Positions 1-12,737 of a stretch of DNA of 64,000 nucleotides are shown here, piece by piece; the stretch's first letter is position 1; the number at the start of each line of letters is the position of its first letter. The notes beneath the pieces were generated by a model. The model was not told the DNA's origin and searched no databases. It saw nothing but the letters and a program-made list of their open reading frames with translations. Source of the DNA: Microthyrium microscopicum (Eukaryota); contig MU004231.1 in the NCBI GenBank assembly GCA_010405405.1, positions 124,001 to 188,000 on the forward strand, written 5' to 3'. A program made the position numbers and the translations under genes.

Positions 1-928
1 TCATGCCGGGATTAAAGTAGATGTAACCGACTTGGCCGGCGCGGAGGGAGGTTTGAGGGGTTTGTTCGGGATACATGATTCCCACCTCACCTATTATGTA
101 CTTGTTGCCGGTTGCGAATGATATTACATGGTCGCCTGGTCGGAGGGTTCCTTCGAATACTCTGATCAGTAAGGTGACGCCTTTGTAATTGTCGTACCAG
201 GAATCGACAAGTAGAACCTGGAGATAGCCAGTTTCGTCTCCAATAGGCGATGGGATATGCTCAATGACTTGGGGCAGGAGAGCTTCGACATTCTTCCCAC
301 TCTTTGCTGACAGCAGCACAGCCGAATCAGGATCCAGTTCAAATGTGCTCTTGATTTGCTCCAATGCTCGAGGCGCATCAGCGGATGGAAGGTCAATCTT
401 GTTGATGACTGGCAAAAGCTCGAGTCCCTGAGCAAAAGCTAGATAGAAGTTTGCGACCGTTTGTGCCTGTACACCTTGACTGGCATCAACCAGAAGCAGA
501 GCTCCTCCACAGCTGGCATAACTTCTTGAAACCTCGGCTCTAAAGTCAACATGGCCAGGTGTGTCCACAAGATGTAGCAGATAGTCCAATCCCTTGTAGT
601 TATAAAGCATGCTACATGTTTGTGCCTTGACTGTGATGCCGCGCTCTCTCTCAACATCCAGTTTATCCAAGACCTGCTTGTTTCCGCCAGGCGCAATAGT
701 CCCAGTAAGCTCCAAGAGCCTGTCACTCAGGGTACTCTTGCCATGATCAACATGGGCCACGATACAGAAATTTCTGAATCGTTCAATGGGTATTGCGGCG
801 ATGCGTTGCTCGAGTTGGGATTGGACGGGCTTTGCGATGGCATATCGACGAATGCTACGAGGGCAGAATTGTGGTTTGTAGATCCAGGACCGGAGGACGG
901 GATTCGAGTGTCGAAGCCATGATCGCAT
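1..928 (-). CDS. GUF1: Mitochondrial translation factor GUF1 (LepA/EF4 GTPase), 5' part; runs off the window start
   Basis: Minus-strand open frame from ATG at 928: [14 protein letters not shown] (mitochondrial-presequence-like) ... [21 protein letters not shown] ... [12 protein letters not shown] ... [17 protein letters not shown] ... VINKIDLP ... [10 protein letters not shown] ... [15 protein letters not shown]. Absent from the ORF track because it has no stop inside the window. Confidence 0.96.
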   Translation of the reverse strand, partial: MRSWLRHSNPVLRSWIYKPQFCPRSIRRYAIAKPVQSQLEQRIAAIPIERFRNFCIVAHVDHGKSTLSDRLLELTGTIAPGGNKQVLDKLDVERERGITVKAQTCSMLYNYKGLDYLLHLVDTPGHVDFRAEVSRSYASCGGALLLVDASQGVQAQTVANFYLAFAQGLELLPVINKIDLPSADAPRALEQIKSTFELDPDSAVLLSAKSGKNVEALLPQVIEHIPSPIGDETGYLQVLLVDSWYDNYKGVTLLIRVFEGTLRPGDHVISFATGNKYIIGEVGIMYPEQTPQTSLRAGQVGYIYFNPGM

Positions 929-1404
929 TAGATCTATTCTGTAGACGGGAGTGACATGGCAGTGTTGCTGTGAACGTTGCTTGGAGCTTTGCCAGCTCTA
1001 GAAAAAATATGCAAGTTCGGATTGAATATCTTGTGGCCTTGTAGCCTTGGCGCTCTAGCTTGGATGCCTTGCAGGCTAGGAAACAAGGCCGCAACCACTT
1101 TTTATTTCAGCAAACATTAGATGAAATGCTGAAATGCGCATGAGGATTATAGATGTATGACTATTACAAGAGATGGATTGCTCAATATACCAATCAATCG
1201 CGATGCTACATGTAGATTCAACGAACATGTAGCTAAAAATATATCCAATGTGATTTACTATATACGGCAATGGTGGGAATGCAACAATAATCAGTGGTGT
1301 TGCTTTAAAGTTGCTCCGAGCAAAATCCTTTTCAAGGTGGTATTTAAGCCAATGACGAGGCAAAAGTCGTAACGCCGCTCCAATAGTTTTGGTTCAGAAA
1401 GCTA

Positions 1405-1879
1405 CAGTGCCATTTAGGTTCTCTAGTCCCCCCCTCCAAAATGATGAAATGGCGCTTCACGGCGTAATTGGATGGATCTTGGGGTCAGCCCGGGCGTTAC
1501 AGTACAAATTTGTTAGATAGCACCCGCTTGCGGCCAGGCCTCAGCCCTTTCAAACCATCCTTCCTAAATACTACATCTTAGCTCGCTTTTAAAGCTCTAC
1601 TAGCAACGTAGAATATAAATTTTGAGCCGGAATTACTACTCGCTACTAACTTGAAGATATATTAAAATACTAGAAATAATAGTATTCACTAAAGGTTTGG
1701 CTCTAGAGTAGATAACATTATAACATAGGAAGTAGATGGAGTTGGCAAGATTGATCTAAGGGGCTACGCTGACAAATTTGCATACTAACGCGCTCTTCAG
1801 ATCTTCTCGCCCTCCAATCAGGCCCTGAAGCACCATTTCATAATTTCAGGGGGGGGACTAGAGAACCTAAATGGCACTG
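1405..1879. mobile_element. MITE / non-autonomous Tc1-mariner-type DNA transposon (475 bp)
   Basis: Perfect 30-bp terminal inverted repeat CAGTGCCATTTAGGTTCTCTAGTCCCCCCC, extending imperfectly to about 68 bp. TA on both flanks (1403-1404, 1880-1881). AT/TpA-rich non-coding interior. Confidence 0.93.
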
Positions 1880-2821
1880 TAAGAGCTGCCCTCCTTGGGA
1901 TAGCTTACCACTTATATAATCATTTTCTCGGAGGATAATTGGAGGTCGGAGACGAGCGGCAAGCTTGGCAAGCCACGAGGCCCACGTTGCATTGAAAGGA
2001 GGTTAGTTGATTTCCTAATCAGGACTAAATGTAGGCTTGCTTGCGTCTTTTGTTGAGAATTTGGAGGGTTTCCAAGGCTGTACCTGTTTTGTGGCTTGAC
2101 CTGTCAAACCAAATCAGACCAGAGCGCGGTTGCAAAGGCAGCAAAGCAGAGAGAAAAAGCCAAAGCTCAGTCATCATCAGACTACCGTGATTGACACTGA
2201 CTTGACTGACAACACCAACGGCAACGCCTCCAGCTCTGCCGCCTTCTCCGCTCGTGCTGCCTGACTTTCTTCTTGTTACTTCCTGCTTTGCAACACTCCA
2301 ATTTCCTACTCACTTTCTTCTCCTTCACTCTCTCGATTTCTTCATCCTCTCCTTATCACCACCACTTCTTTATTCTTCACCAACGGCTCTTTCCAGAACC
2401 CAGTCTGACGAGGATCCATCCTGCCTCCGTCACCCCAGGTCGCAGCCCCTTTATACCATCCCTGGTCCTTAATTCCGTGCTGAACATCCCATACACCCAT
2501 AACCAGCCAACCACCATCCCACAAACAACCTCCTTCCACTTCTCTTCATTTAAACCACTTCCAATTCAAGCCTGCGCTGTTCACCTTGTTTCTTATTCCA
2601 CTACCGCTATTGCCAGCCTCGATCAATCACTGACCTCAGCTCATCCATCGTGGTCCTACTACGCGTATACCACCACATCCTTCCCACTTCCGTCGCCCCG
2701 ATATTTATCATTCAATACCAATAAATCATACATCTTGCCGGCCCTGATTCGGACCTCTTCCGCTTTTTGAACCCTTTCAATTTACCATTCGAGTCGTCAG
2801 ACGCCCAACACACATTGCGCC

Positions 2822-3592
2822 ATGCAGTCCCTTTCGCTATGGAGACTGTCTGCAGTCTTCGCCATCATCGCTATGCTCGCAATATCCACAGCCAATGCCA
2901 ATCCCTTTTTCGCTTTGTTTGAGAAGCGACAAACCACAGTAGGAGGTAGCACCGCAAAGACCACTACCACTCCACCAGCGACAACCACAACACCTGTTTC
3001 AACTCCTTCCACAACCACTACTCCACCACCAACAACCACAACCCCATCCACAACTCCTTCTTCCACCCCACCGTCTACCTCTGAAACTCCAACTACTACT
3101 ACAACACCTCCATCGAGCACTCCTACCAAGGTCACCTCCACAGCTCCACTTGTCGTATCGACAACCATTCTCTCAACAACTGTGATAGTCAGCACTGATG
3201 GCAGTGGTGGAGTTACTAGCTACACCTCGTCATCAATGATCGCTACTCAGACAACAACTGGTTCCACGACATCAACTGGTGCTCCTGGCGTCCAAGGTGG
3301 CAGCACCAGCAACAGCAGCTCAGGACTATCGTCCAAGAGCAAGGGGATCATTGGCGGTGTCATTGGCGGTATAGGCGGCGCAATAATACTCGCCGGAATA
3401 GCATATGCACTACTACGACATCGTAAGAACAGATACAACCCCAACGATGACATCGACTACACTTCCGGAACTGGTCAAGGGCTAGGAAGCAGTGGCTCAG
3501 CAGCTAAAGAAGATGATGGCCTTGCCAACGATGCCAGCCATGCGGACCGTTATGCAGACCGCGCCCGACCAAACGCAGCAGCAAACTTTTGA
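2822..3592 (+). CDS. Mid2/Mtl-like cell-wall stress sensor (type I membrane glycoprotein)
   Basis: Signal peptide, KR site, long Ser/Thr/Pro-rich ectodomain, single TM (IIGGVIGGIGGAIILAGIAYALL) followed by RHRK, short cytoplasmic tail ending NAAANF. Confidence 0.8.
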   Translation: MQSLSLWRLSAVFAIIAMLAISTANANPFFALFEKRQTTVGGSTAKTTTTPPATTTTPVSTPSTTTTPPPTTTTPSTTPSSTPPSTSETPTTTTTPPSSTPTKVTSTAPLVVSTTILSTTVIVSTDGSGGVTSYTSSSMIATQTTTGSTTSTGAPGVQGGSTSNSSSGLSSKSKGIIGGVIGGIGGAIILAGIAYALLRHRKNRYNPNDDIDYTSGTGQGLGSSGSAAKEDDGLANDASHADRYADRARPNAAANF

Positions 3593-3672
3593 GATGCCAG
3601 AACGAGAAACTGCTACGCAGACTGAGCCCGACAATACACAGCAGCAACCTTTTGAGAAGCCAAACGAGAACG
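3562..3672 (+). repeat. Degenerate 63-bp-period tandem duplication of the Mid2-like gene 3' end
   Basis: gcccgaccaaacgcagcagcaaacttttgagatgccagaacgagaa vs gcccgacaatacacagcagcaaccttttgagaagccaaacgagaa. Confidence 0.7.
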
Positions 3673-4789
3673 TATGAAGAGAGCGGATTGGCGTTTCTCA
3701 ATTGATTGACTTGCGGACAAATTTCAACTTGCGAGCAAAATTGGTCTACTAGTTCCACAAAAATCGGCGGCTTTCGAACAAACTCGATGCGCTTTTAGCG
3801 AGTGGAGGAGTCTGTATACGCAACGACGAGAAAATCTCGTTCGAATTATGACTCCGAACGACTTTTTCAACTAACCGTTACCCTGTCTTCGTATACACGT
3901 TGCATAGAGTTTGGCGTTTACAGGAACAAGGCACACCCCTTGCCTTTTGGTTGATTTTCATGAACGATACACTCACTCATTATACCGCAGGCCAAGGCCC
4001 AATGTTTGGATCTTTGTCTTGCAACACACTCACTCCTTTTCCTCAAACTTGTTTAGCGATTACCCACTACCACCATTTGTTTATGGACAAGGGTGGATTC
4101 AAAAGGACTTTGTTGTTTATTTTATTTTTTCTAGGCTAGATGAATTAATACTATTAATTCGACTTTTCTCTATATTATGATCGCCTGGGATGTGACATAA
4201 TGTTCATGGGATGGGAGTGATATTTCAAGGTTTTATAGTGAGATTTACCGGATTTTAACCCCTGAGCTTCATTATCTATATCTTGATGCTTGCGGAACTT
4301 TCCACTAGGTTATAGATCTACCTATACAGCTCCCAAAAGCTTCAATGAGTTGACTATCATCACAGGGCAGATCAGTCACAGGCGTGACAGGTTACAAAAC
4401 CTCGAGTTTGATTTGAAAAGATAATATCTTATCATATTGATTGATATTCATCATAGCATCTAATGATAGGTAGAGGAATATGCTAAATAGTTCTGGGATA
4501 TCGCCATAACCCGATTTCTCCGGAAGGGAGTGTTTGCTGTACAGTGTGTGTGGTATCCTAGGTTCGCCATTATGTAAATGCAAGATTGTACGCCGTGTTA
4601 ATGCCTGTTTTCTGTCAAGTCGCTGGTGTATCAAATGAGTGTGTTGCTATGCATGATGATGCTGTTGTTGTTCGTAATTGGTTTCATTCTTTCGTTAGAG
4701 GATCGTTCGTGATGTGGTGATTCTGTTGGTATGGAGTTATGGGTGTATGCGTGGGTATAATGTAGGATGTAAGCAATGCTGTGTGGCGG

Positions 4790-5762
4790 TTATGGCATGC
4801 AGAGAAGCTCGTAGTCGGAATCATTAGGATCAACTCCTAAGTTGTCGAGGTTGAATGTTTGGAATGGCGCACTCTTTTGCGCTGTTTGGCATTGAGCTGG
4901 ACAAACGATTAGTTCCGGTTCTAGGCTTTGATATATCAACGTACTTAGCTGCGTATCACAATCCGACGCATCGAAAGCTGTATTCGGTCCAACACCACTC
5001 TTTGGTTTCGCACTCGTCTTCGCCGAACCAGTAGGTTGTGTTCCTTCTCTCCCTGCCGCTTGCTGGCACATCGTCCGTTGCATTTCGCAAGTCTTCATCG
5101 ACGCTGTCGTGAAGTCTCCCTAACATACACCATTAGCACATATCCTGACTCTCTCGGGGAGGGCCTGATTGACGTACAAAAGTCATCTTCTCAACCGCAA
5201 ACGGCTGACTACTAACACCACTCATCGTAATACTCGGCGCCTTGACACCCCCCAACGCACCCGTAAAGCTCTGCAAATCCAAACCACCCATCTGCTTCTG
5301 CGTCACTACCTCCGCCGGACTCTGGCCCGCGGAGCCCGCCTGGCCAGCTTGCGAACCGCCGCCTACTCCGCTGCCGGGCGCCACACTGGTCGCTGCGGCA
5401 GGCAGCACGCCTGTTGCTACCGCTGGACCTAAGCCGGCAGATAAATGCGGTGCTGTGTTCTGCGCATGTGCGTTTGCGCCGAGAGCACTGCCCGCTGCAA
5501 GATTGCCCGTGTCTAGATTGCCGGTGACCACTGCCGGTTGGGCAACGGCGGGTTGGATATGTGGGTTCTTTGCGCGGACGCCGGTGGAGGGACGAGCGAG
5601 GAGGGTTTTTAGTTGGAGCATGCGCGGGAGATCGAAGACGTAGTGTGAATATGGTGAGGCAAAGGCTGATATTGGCGCTACAAGGAGAAGTATAAGGAGG
5701 ATGAGTGGGTAGGAGGATGCCAGTGAGGGTCGCCTCCGAGGCCGATGATGGCTGGCCATCAT
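4790..5762 (-). CDS. Secreted/extracellular protein with Ala/Gly-rich linker and Cys-containing C-terminal domain (uncharacterised fungal family)
   Basis: ATG at 5762, hydrophobic signal segment, LQSFTGALGGVKAPSITMSG...PFAVE motif. Introns 5177-5120 and 4944-4897 (GTACGT...CTAAT...AG) join ORFs 5133-5798 and 4790-5098 in frame. Confidence 0.75.
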
Positions 5763-8102
5763 GGTGTGTGTGTGGTGTATCGTTTTATTAACCCGCAAAT
5801 GGTGCCGCCGTTGTTGAGGACCCTTTTTCCTATGCTCTTGCTAGTATATACGTGGGGATATCATTATTGGGTACGTCATATAGATCTCGTGGTGTGGCGA
5901 TAGAGTGTTTTGCTGGGTTTGGTCCAGGACAAGGGGTGTGGATGTATGATGGGGGAATTTGATATTTGATGGAGATGCCAACACCACTGCGGAGGGGAAT
6001 TAACTTGCACGAAAGAAAAGGGAGAAGGGAAAAAGGAGAGATAGAGAAATCAGGGCAATGTAGAAGTGAGAGGTAGTAAGGCAGTGTACAAGAGAAAATG
6101 TCTGAGCAAAGGAGTTTGAGTCTCTCTTTCAAACACAAACAGGCACTTTTCTTCTTGCTACTAACTGCTAAAACCCTTCCTCCATCTACTTAGACCCAAC
6201 AACCCCATATGATACCTTCCATGTAGGGCTCGAGAGATGGAGCCAAGCCCAGCTTCCTCAGGCAAAGTAATGCACAGATGGGGCCCTTCACCTTCCTCTC
6301 CGCGGGTGGACTGTGTTTGCACAATACAGCGGCAGAGCGAATCAAGGCCAACAAAACACAATAGGCAAAACCAAATCGCCAGTTCGGCTCACGTCGCCGG
6401 GTTCTAGCCTTGATAGTTTAAAGAAAAGCACAACACAATCGGAAAGTCTGCAACCAGACCCGTTTCTCGTCTTGCCAGACGCCACCGATGAAGAATAGAG
6501 ATGCTACATTCCACTCCCCAGATCCGCGAGCCGACCAACCAGCGACGAAACCGGGTGTCTGCGCGCCATTTCGATTGGACGTAAAAACGAACTCGTGGTA
6601 GTCGATGTTCCCAGGCAAAAGCGTTTGGGCCAGTTGAGTGTCGAGGGGTGTGGGTGCAAAAGTTAGCAACTTGAAACGCAGACAAAACTCCAAGGGCTTT
6701 GAGTACGCGGTAAAAAGGTGTCTTTTGCTGGAAAGGGGCACTCGAGCCCCGGGTTTACTTATCTACTAGTCTTTTGGAGCTAATGGTATATTTAAATAGA
6801 TATGAGGACGACCCGAGGATATTGGGATGTGATGGAGGAGGGTGGAAGTTGGAGATGAAGTTCACGATGTGTAGTTGGCAAATGTCGGCGTTGAAAACGG
6901 ATCTGCTGCTAGCGGTGGACCGAATGTCCTGGTGCTAATCGGCCCATTGTTTTATTGTTCGTCGGCTTTATAGTTGGGGATCCGAATTGTGATACAAATT
7001 ATACTGCTGGATATGCTAATTGAAGGAGAGCATTCATTTCATGAGAACTCCTTGGAGTTGCATTTTGGGCATTGAATGTCCTGGTGATCTACACCATGGT
7101 TTGCCTCCACAATAAGAATATCAAGATGCCAGCATATATCTCGACTTGGCGGTGTATGAGCTCTTGAAAATGACAAACGCTAATCACATTGAAAATGCTT
7201 GCTTCGACTTGGCAACAATGCAAAGATATAAAAGTACAGCGAATACTTAGAAAAAAGCTCCCACGCTCTAGTTCTTCAAATCTGTGAAGTAGGCTAAGGT
7301 AGCAGATGGACTACGAAAAGGTATTTTACTGGAAAACCTTATCTCAATACCAGCTACCCAACAGAATCCGATAACCAACAACAGCCCGATCTCCATACCT
7401 CGGATCACATTAACTATATCAGGAGGTCAAGATACCGTTCTATCAGAACACAAGTAACAGTCCCCACCCAGCGATCTCCGATTCTCCGCTGCCCTATATT
7501 ACCAATCCATGTCTCTATATAACATTGTAACTTACTTGAGATTCTAGTATCCGAGTCAATAGTTCCTATCGTTTGACTCTTACCAGGGAACGTTCTTTGC
7601 GTGATCGATAAGTGTCTGATCCTTGTCTCGTATACTTATCACAGCATTGTGGTACGTATATGACCAGTGTTCACGGGAACATGTAGCCGAGCTATAGTAG
7701 AGTAGGTAACCTGGTATGGGAGCCGAGGAGGGGTTGGTTGTTTGATACAACTAAATCCACTGCTTGCGTACTCCGTTCACTAGAGTCGAATAGAACCAAA
7801 AGCAAAGAATGTTCCAAAAATATATCAGACAGTAGAGTTAAGATATGCAGCAATAAGGTGGAGTAATATCATAGAATATGGCCTAGGGAGGCGAATTCAA
7901 ACTATCGACATGACAGAAATATGCTTTCTGAAAGCTAAACACTTCCATTCGAGAGCAGAGTTGAGACTTCATCCGCAATCAAGAATACATTCTTTATGCC
8001 ATCGTCACTATCGACATGCAAAGACGCTCCAAAAAAGTTCCGAAATCCCTTCACCAACTCCATTATATATGAGCTTTTTTCATGATCCATGAGATATTTT
8101 TG

Positions 8103-10553
8103 TCACCGATGGCCAGTGAGCTGGACTTCAAAACTGCTTTCATCGTCAGAGTCTGAATCGTCGTCGTCAAAGAGGAATTCAGTGTCTGTGCTATCACTGT
8201 CATCGTCATCGTCATCGTCTTCTTCATCGTCTTCCCAGTCATCTTCGTCGTTATTTGCGTTTTCGGGACCAGCGTTCCAGAAGCCCATTTGCTCTAGTTC
8301 TGCTTCTGTTGCTGGTCCTATGCCTGCATCTGGCCGTGCGCTGTTATCTCCAGCATTGAGGTAGCGACGAATTGGACTGAGATTGCGGCTCATGGCGGCT
8401 AGCATTTCGTAGGCTGTGTTACTGAGTCCGAGGTTGCTAAGGCCGAGAATCGCATCGCCCATAAATTCTGGCCGAGCGTCTGGATCCTCGTGCTCTTCGT
8501 CTTGGAAGTAAGACCTTGCGCGTAGATGAGGGATTGTGCGACCACGGGGATTGCGCCAATTACCGCGTGGTGGAGAGGGCGAGAGACCAGTAGCAGGTTC
8601 GCGGTGCACTTCAATTTCAACGGTGTTGAAGGAATCGCACAAATCACATTTGTTACCGAGCCAATGGAATGGAGTTCGACTCTTGCCTGCACAATCGTTA
8701 CATCGGACGTCAACGGAGATATTGCGCAAGTTTTCAGGCATTGGCTGATCTTCGATTGCGGCTTCCATTTTGCGCCATTCGCTCTGCATATTTCTTATTG
8801 ATTTTTTGCAGACTGGGCATTTGTATGACTCTCTTGCGTATTCCGTATAGCAGGCATGGTGGAGATAATGTCCGCAAGGAAGCGAGACCACAGATGATGT
8901 GGAATTGAACATGTAATCGCCGCATATTGGGCAGTCGCAATCAGTAGCTCGCTCAACACATTTGTGGCTAGGAAATTGCTGGATGGGAATGTCGACGTTA
9001 CAGCGCTAATATAATTAGAAAATGCGCAAATGAAAGTTGAACAAACTTACATTGCAGTGTTGGAAGTCTTTGCCGATTCCTTCCCCAAGTCTACAAATAC
9101 CACAATCGTCGCAATGGTATATTCTCTTCGTTGCGTCGTCATCCCATAGCTTGCATGTTTCACAAAAGTAATATGCCGACTGTTCACCGCAATGTTGACA
9201 GTATTGGCCTGCTGGACCTGGTGTTTGACAGAGCATACATAACATGTTTTCCGTCTTATGTCGTGGTAAGCTGTGTCCTAGATTGGCATCATCATGACAG
9301 TTTCTACAATTCCACCACGTTTTGCAGTCGAAACATTGTATCTTAACGTTGCGCTTATAATGCTCGCAACCGTATTCTACTTCATCCTCCGCCGGCGTCT
9401 CTTCTGCTTCCGGGCTTGACGTCGTTGTTAGTTGTGTCATTCCCATATTGTCCCGCAAAGGATGCGTAGGAGTCTGTGTGCCGGAAGAAGCCCGCCGTCG
9501 ACGATACGTGGGAACCAGATCATCCGGATTGATGTTGAACTTTTTGTACAGATCTAGATCTGTTGCCGACCCAGAACTCGAAATTGTGTTGAAAGAACTC
9601 GAAGAATTGGGACGATCCAAAGTCGATATTTCCAAGTTCACTTGTGATTGGGCACGTTTGCGATTTTGTTGGTGCATGATATATTGCTCGTTCATGATAA
9701 GATGTATCCGCCGAGCTTTTTCTTCAGCATTGAGAGGGAGTTGGCAGATATCTTGAATCTTGCGGCGCAGATCACCCTCCCGACTAACCAGCAGCTCGTG
9801 CTGTTTTGCTCTTGATTCTTCGTCGCCATATTCAAATGGTCGTTGTCCTAAAGCGCGCAACTCCCGTTCTCGCCGTATTCGCGCCTCCGATCGCGGGATT
9901 CGACTTCTAAAGGCCATCGCTATATCTCTCTCTATAACCTCTTGAACCGAAGGATCAAGATCAGATCGAGCTGATCCATCGTTGTTGGAGGCATCCATGT
10001 TGGTATATATATGGGAGGATTCGAGGTCGTCACAGCATGCGGAGCTTTCTTCAGCGTCTATAACGACCGGCTCGCGATTATCTGGATCAAGACTACCGTC
10101 TCCAGTTATTGTGATCGAAGGGACAGGCGACTGAGGTTGTATGGTATGCGTGATAGGGATATCGTGCTGTTCTTTGTAGGTGGAGAAAGGCGAGAATCGA
10201 GTCGCGACCAATGGAGCAAAACGATCAAAGAGTGTCTGTCCTAGGGAAAAGGCCGGCTGCCTCTCCGGCGGAGAGATATTGTCTGTAGCATTGTCTGAAG
10301 AAAAGTAGGATTTGAGGTGGGAGTAGTTGGCAGCGGGAGCGGCCGTTGAGTCGGGAAGTGAGGGAACGTCGTGCGGTGAGGTGCTGACAAGCGTAGCATG
10401 TGATTGCTGCACAGATTGGGAGTCCAAAGTGCTGGCACGGCTTCTGGCAGCTGAACCAGCTCTTTCCTGATTATTACCTGTAGCAGGTACAGGGTCCTCG
10501 CGATTGCTAGCCTGTGAAAACTGTCGAACGATAGACTCAAGAAAGAAGGTCAT
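8103..10553 (-). CDS. CHY zinc-finger / RING-H2 / zinc-ribbon E3 ubiquitin ligase (Pirh2/RCHY1-like)
   Basis: YGCEHYKRNVKIQCFDC...CRNCHD (CHY), YFCETCKLWDDD..IYHCDDCGICRLG (CTCHY), CPICGDYMF..LPCGHYLHHAC..YKCPVC (RING), CNDC..FHWLGNKCDLCDSFNT (zinc ribbon). One intron 9050-9006. Acidic tail. Start codon 10553 is inferred. Confidence 0.92.
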
Positions 10554-11892
10554 TGGAACCGGACTTTCACAGGCATTCCAGATGGCTGGAAGTCCAGGGT
10601 AGGCTGCAGATTCGAATGTAGGGTACTTCAAGAGGCAAGACGGCAAACTAACTTGCAGATGAATCAATAGTCCAGACTCGACCGGATTTGTAGGATAAAG
10701 AAAATGAAAAGGGATTGAAAGAAGAAAGAGAGCAAGTTGGGAGAATGGTGAAGGTCACTGTCACGAGGATGGCGAACAGCAGGAGGTCCCTGACAGAAGG
10801 AGGCAAGGCAGGTGCCGCAGAAGGAATTAGGGAATTGCTACCCTCTACTAGGTACTTTAGGCTGTGGATGATGCACAGGAGCATGTAGGTTAGAGTGTAT
10901 TTTCTGGGGTTGATGCATCCAACCTTTGTCTTACCGCCAGTTGTATGGTTTTACCACTCAAGAGACAGGCTCAAGAGAAAGGATGGACGGGTTTGGTATG
11001 GCAAGCTACGGGTAGGCTGTACCAAGATGGCGATTTGGTGCAGGAGAATAAGAATAATAATCTGGGGAAGCGGCGACGAAAAGGATCCGGATGCTTACAA
11101 CTTGCAAAGCGTGGTCTAGCCTAAACGACGATCATCAATTAATAAATTGGCATGTGAGCAACTTGCTCCATAACAAGACATAAACCCAGTCAACGATTAT
11201 GGTGAACACGGAATTGCATATGCTTCCAGAGAAATACTAGCACCCCGCTCGTTGATATTTATCTATGTGGTTGTGAATATCGTGAACTCGTCTGTAGCTA
11301 CCGATACACATTGCTCAAAGACTCTGGACTCTGAAGGAAAGGCAAATCTGGCATCAGCTACCGTACTTCGTAGATGATCTGCAAGCGGCCGCTAATCATC
11401 CGGTATAATGGTCACCTAATTCCCGCTAGCCAAGATGGCTTTGACTTTTAATGCTGGCGGAGACTGTACAAAAAATAATTATACACATCATGTAAAGCAC
11501 TTGAAGCCTGAAGGTGAAGGAAGTTGGAATAACCTCATGTTGTGGCTAACGTGGAGAGAAGCTTGATGGATCATGGAAGGAACAAAGGCTGAAAGGATGG
11601 GGAAGGAGCAAAGCACATGCCAAATTCAGCAACCTGGATCCGCGATTCGGAGGGTGGAGCTGCTTGGCCTTTCAGTTGTCCACCCTGGTTCCCTTCTCAC
11701 CCCCTTGTTCCGCCATGACAACATATCAATATGCCCCGTTGAATTGCTCACAAATCAACAATCCCATTGTCCCGTGAATTACCGGCGGCCATGACCAAGT
11801 CGGATCTATCCAGCGCATCTCATGTACTCACGACGGCCCATTATTGACATACAGTACTTGCCTGTAGAGAGTTTGACCACATCTCCTTCACG

Positions 11893-12737
11893 ATGATTCC
11901 AACGTTCCAGGTACGATCACACGACAGCGACAAGGCCCATACCCACCATACAATTTCTAATAAAGAGTAATAGACGACCTTCTCGGTCCCAATGACCTGT
12001 AATTCCTGTGTCAAAGAAATATCCGAAGCTGTAAAAGATCTAGCCGGTACGCTCTGACCGTCGTGATGGAACAATTCCACCAACAATCATCTATAGGAAT
12101 CAGCAAAATCGACGCCGACATCGCCAAACAAATCGTCGCGATAGAAGGCAACGCCCCACCATCCGCCATCGTCGCCGCAATCCAACAAACCGGCCGCGAT
12201 GCAATCCTACGTGGGAGCGGAGCGCCTAATAGCGCGGCAGTCTGCATCCTAGAAACGCACTCGAGCAGCGTATCTGACAAAGTGCGCGGTCTAGCACGCA
12301 TGGTGCAAGTATCACCAAACCTGACCATAATCGACCTGAGTATCCGTGGGATTTCTGCAGGGAAATACTTTGCATCCATTAGACAGGCGGGCGATATATC
12401 AAGAGGACCTGAATCGACTGGCGATGTTTGGGACGCGAAAAAAGCACAACAGGAAGGGAAGACGTCGCGAGGACTTCTTGGTACGTTGGAAGTTAGCAAG
12501 AATGGTATTGGCTCGGTGTTTATCGACCGGCCTATCCAGATTTGGGAGCTTATTGGAAGAAGTATGGTCGTGTCTAGGGTGCAAGATGGCAAGTTTGACA
12601 AGGAGGACGCAAACACTTTAGTCGGGGTAATAGCTCGCAGTGCTGGTGTGTGGGATAACGATAAAACTGTCTGTTCTTGTACTGGAAAGACGGTGTGGGA
12701 GGAACGTCAGGAACAAGTTGATAAGGGTATGCTCTAA
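11893..12737 (+). CDS. CCS1: Copper chaperone for Cu/Zn superoxide dismutase (Ccs1/Lys7)
   Basis: Spliced N-terminus MIPTFQ|TTFSVPMTCNSC (HMA MxCxxC; introns 11911-11973 and ~12047-12095), SOD-like middle domain, C-terminal IARSAGVWDNDKTVCSCTGKTVWEER (CxC). Confidence 0.96.

Noticed and set aside
166..1372. Short ORFs in the track around GUF1
   Set aside because: They are alternative-frame or antisense shadows, or intergenic noise; the true frame is the unlisted minus-strand one from 928.
2273..2770. 165-aa ORF upstream of the Mid2-like gene
   Set aside because: Non-ATG start in pyrimidine-rich leader/promoter sequence; no protein-like features.
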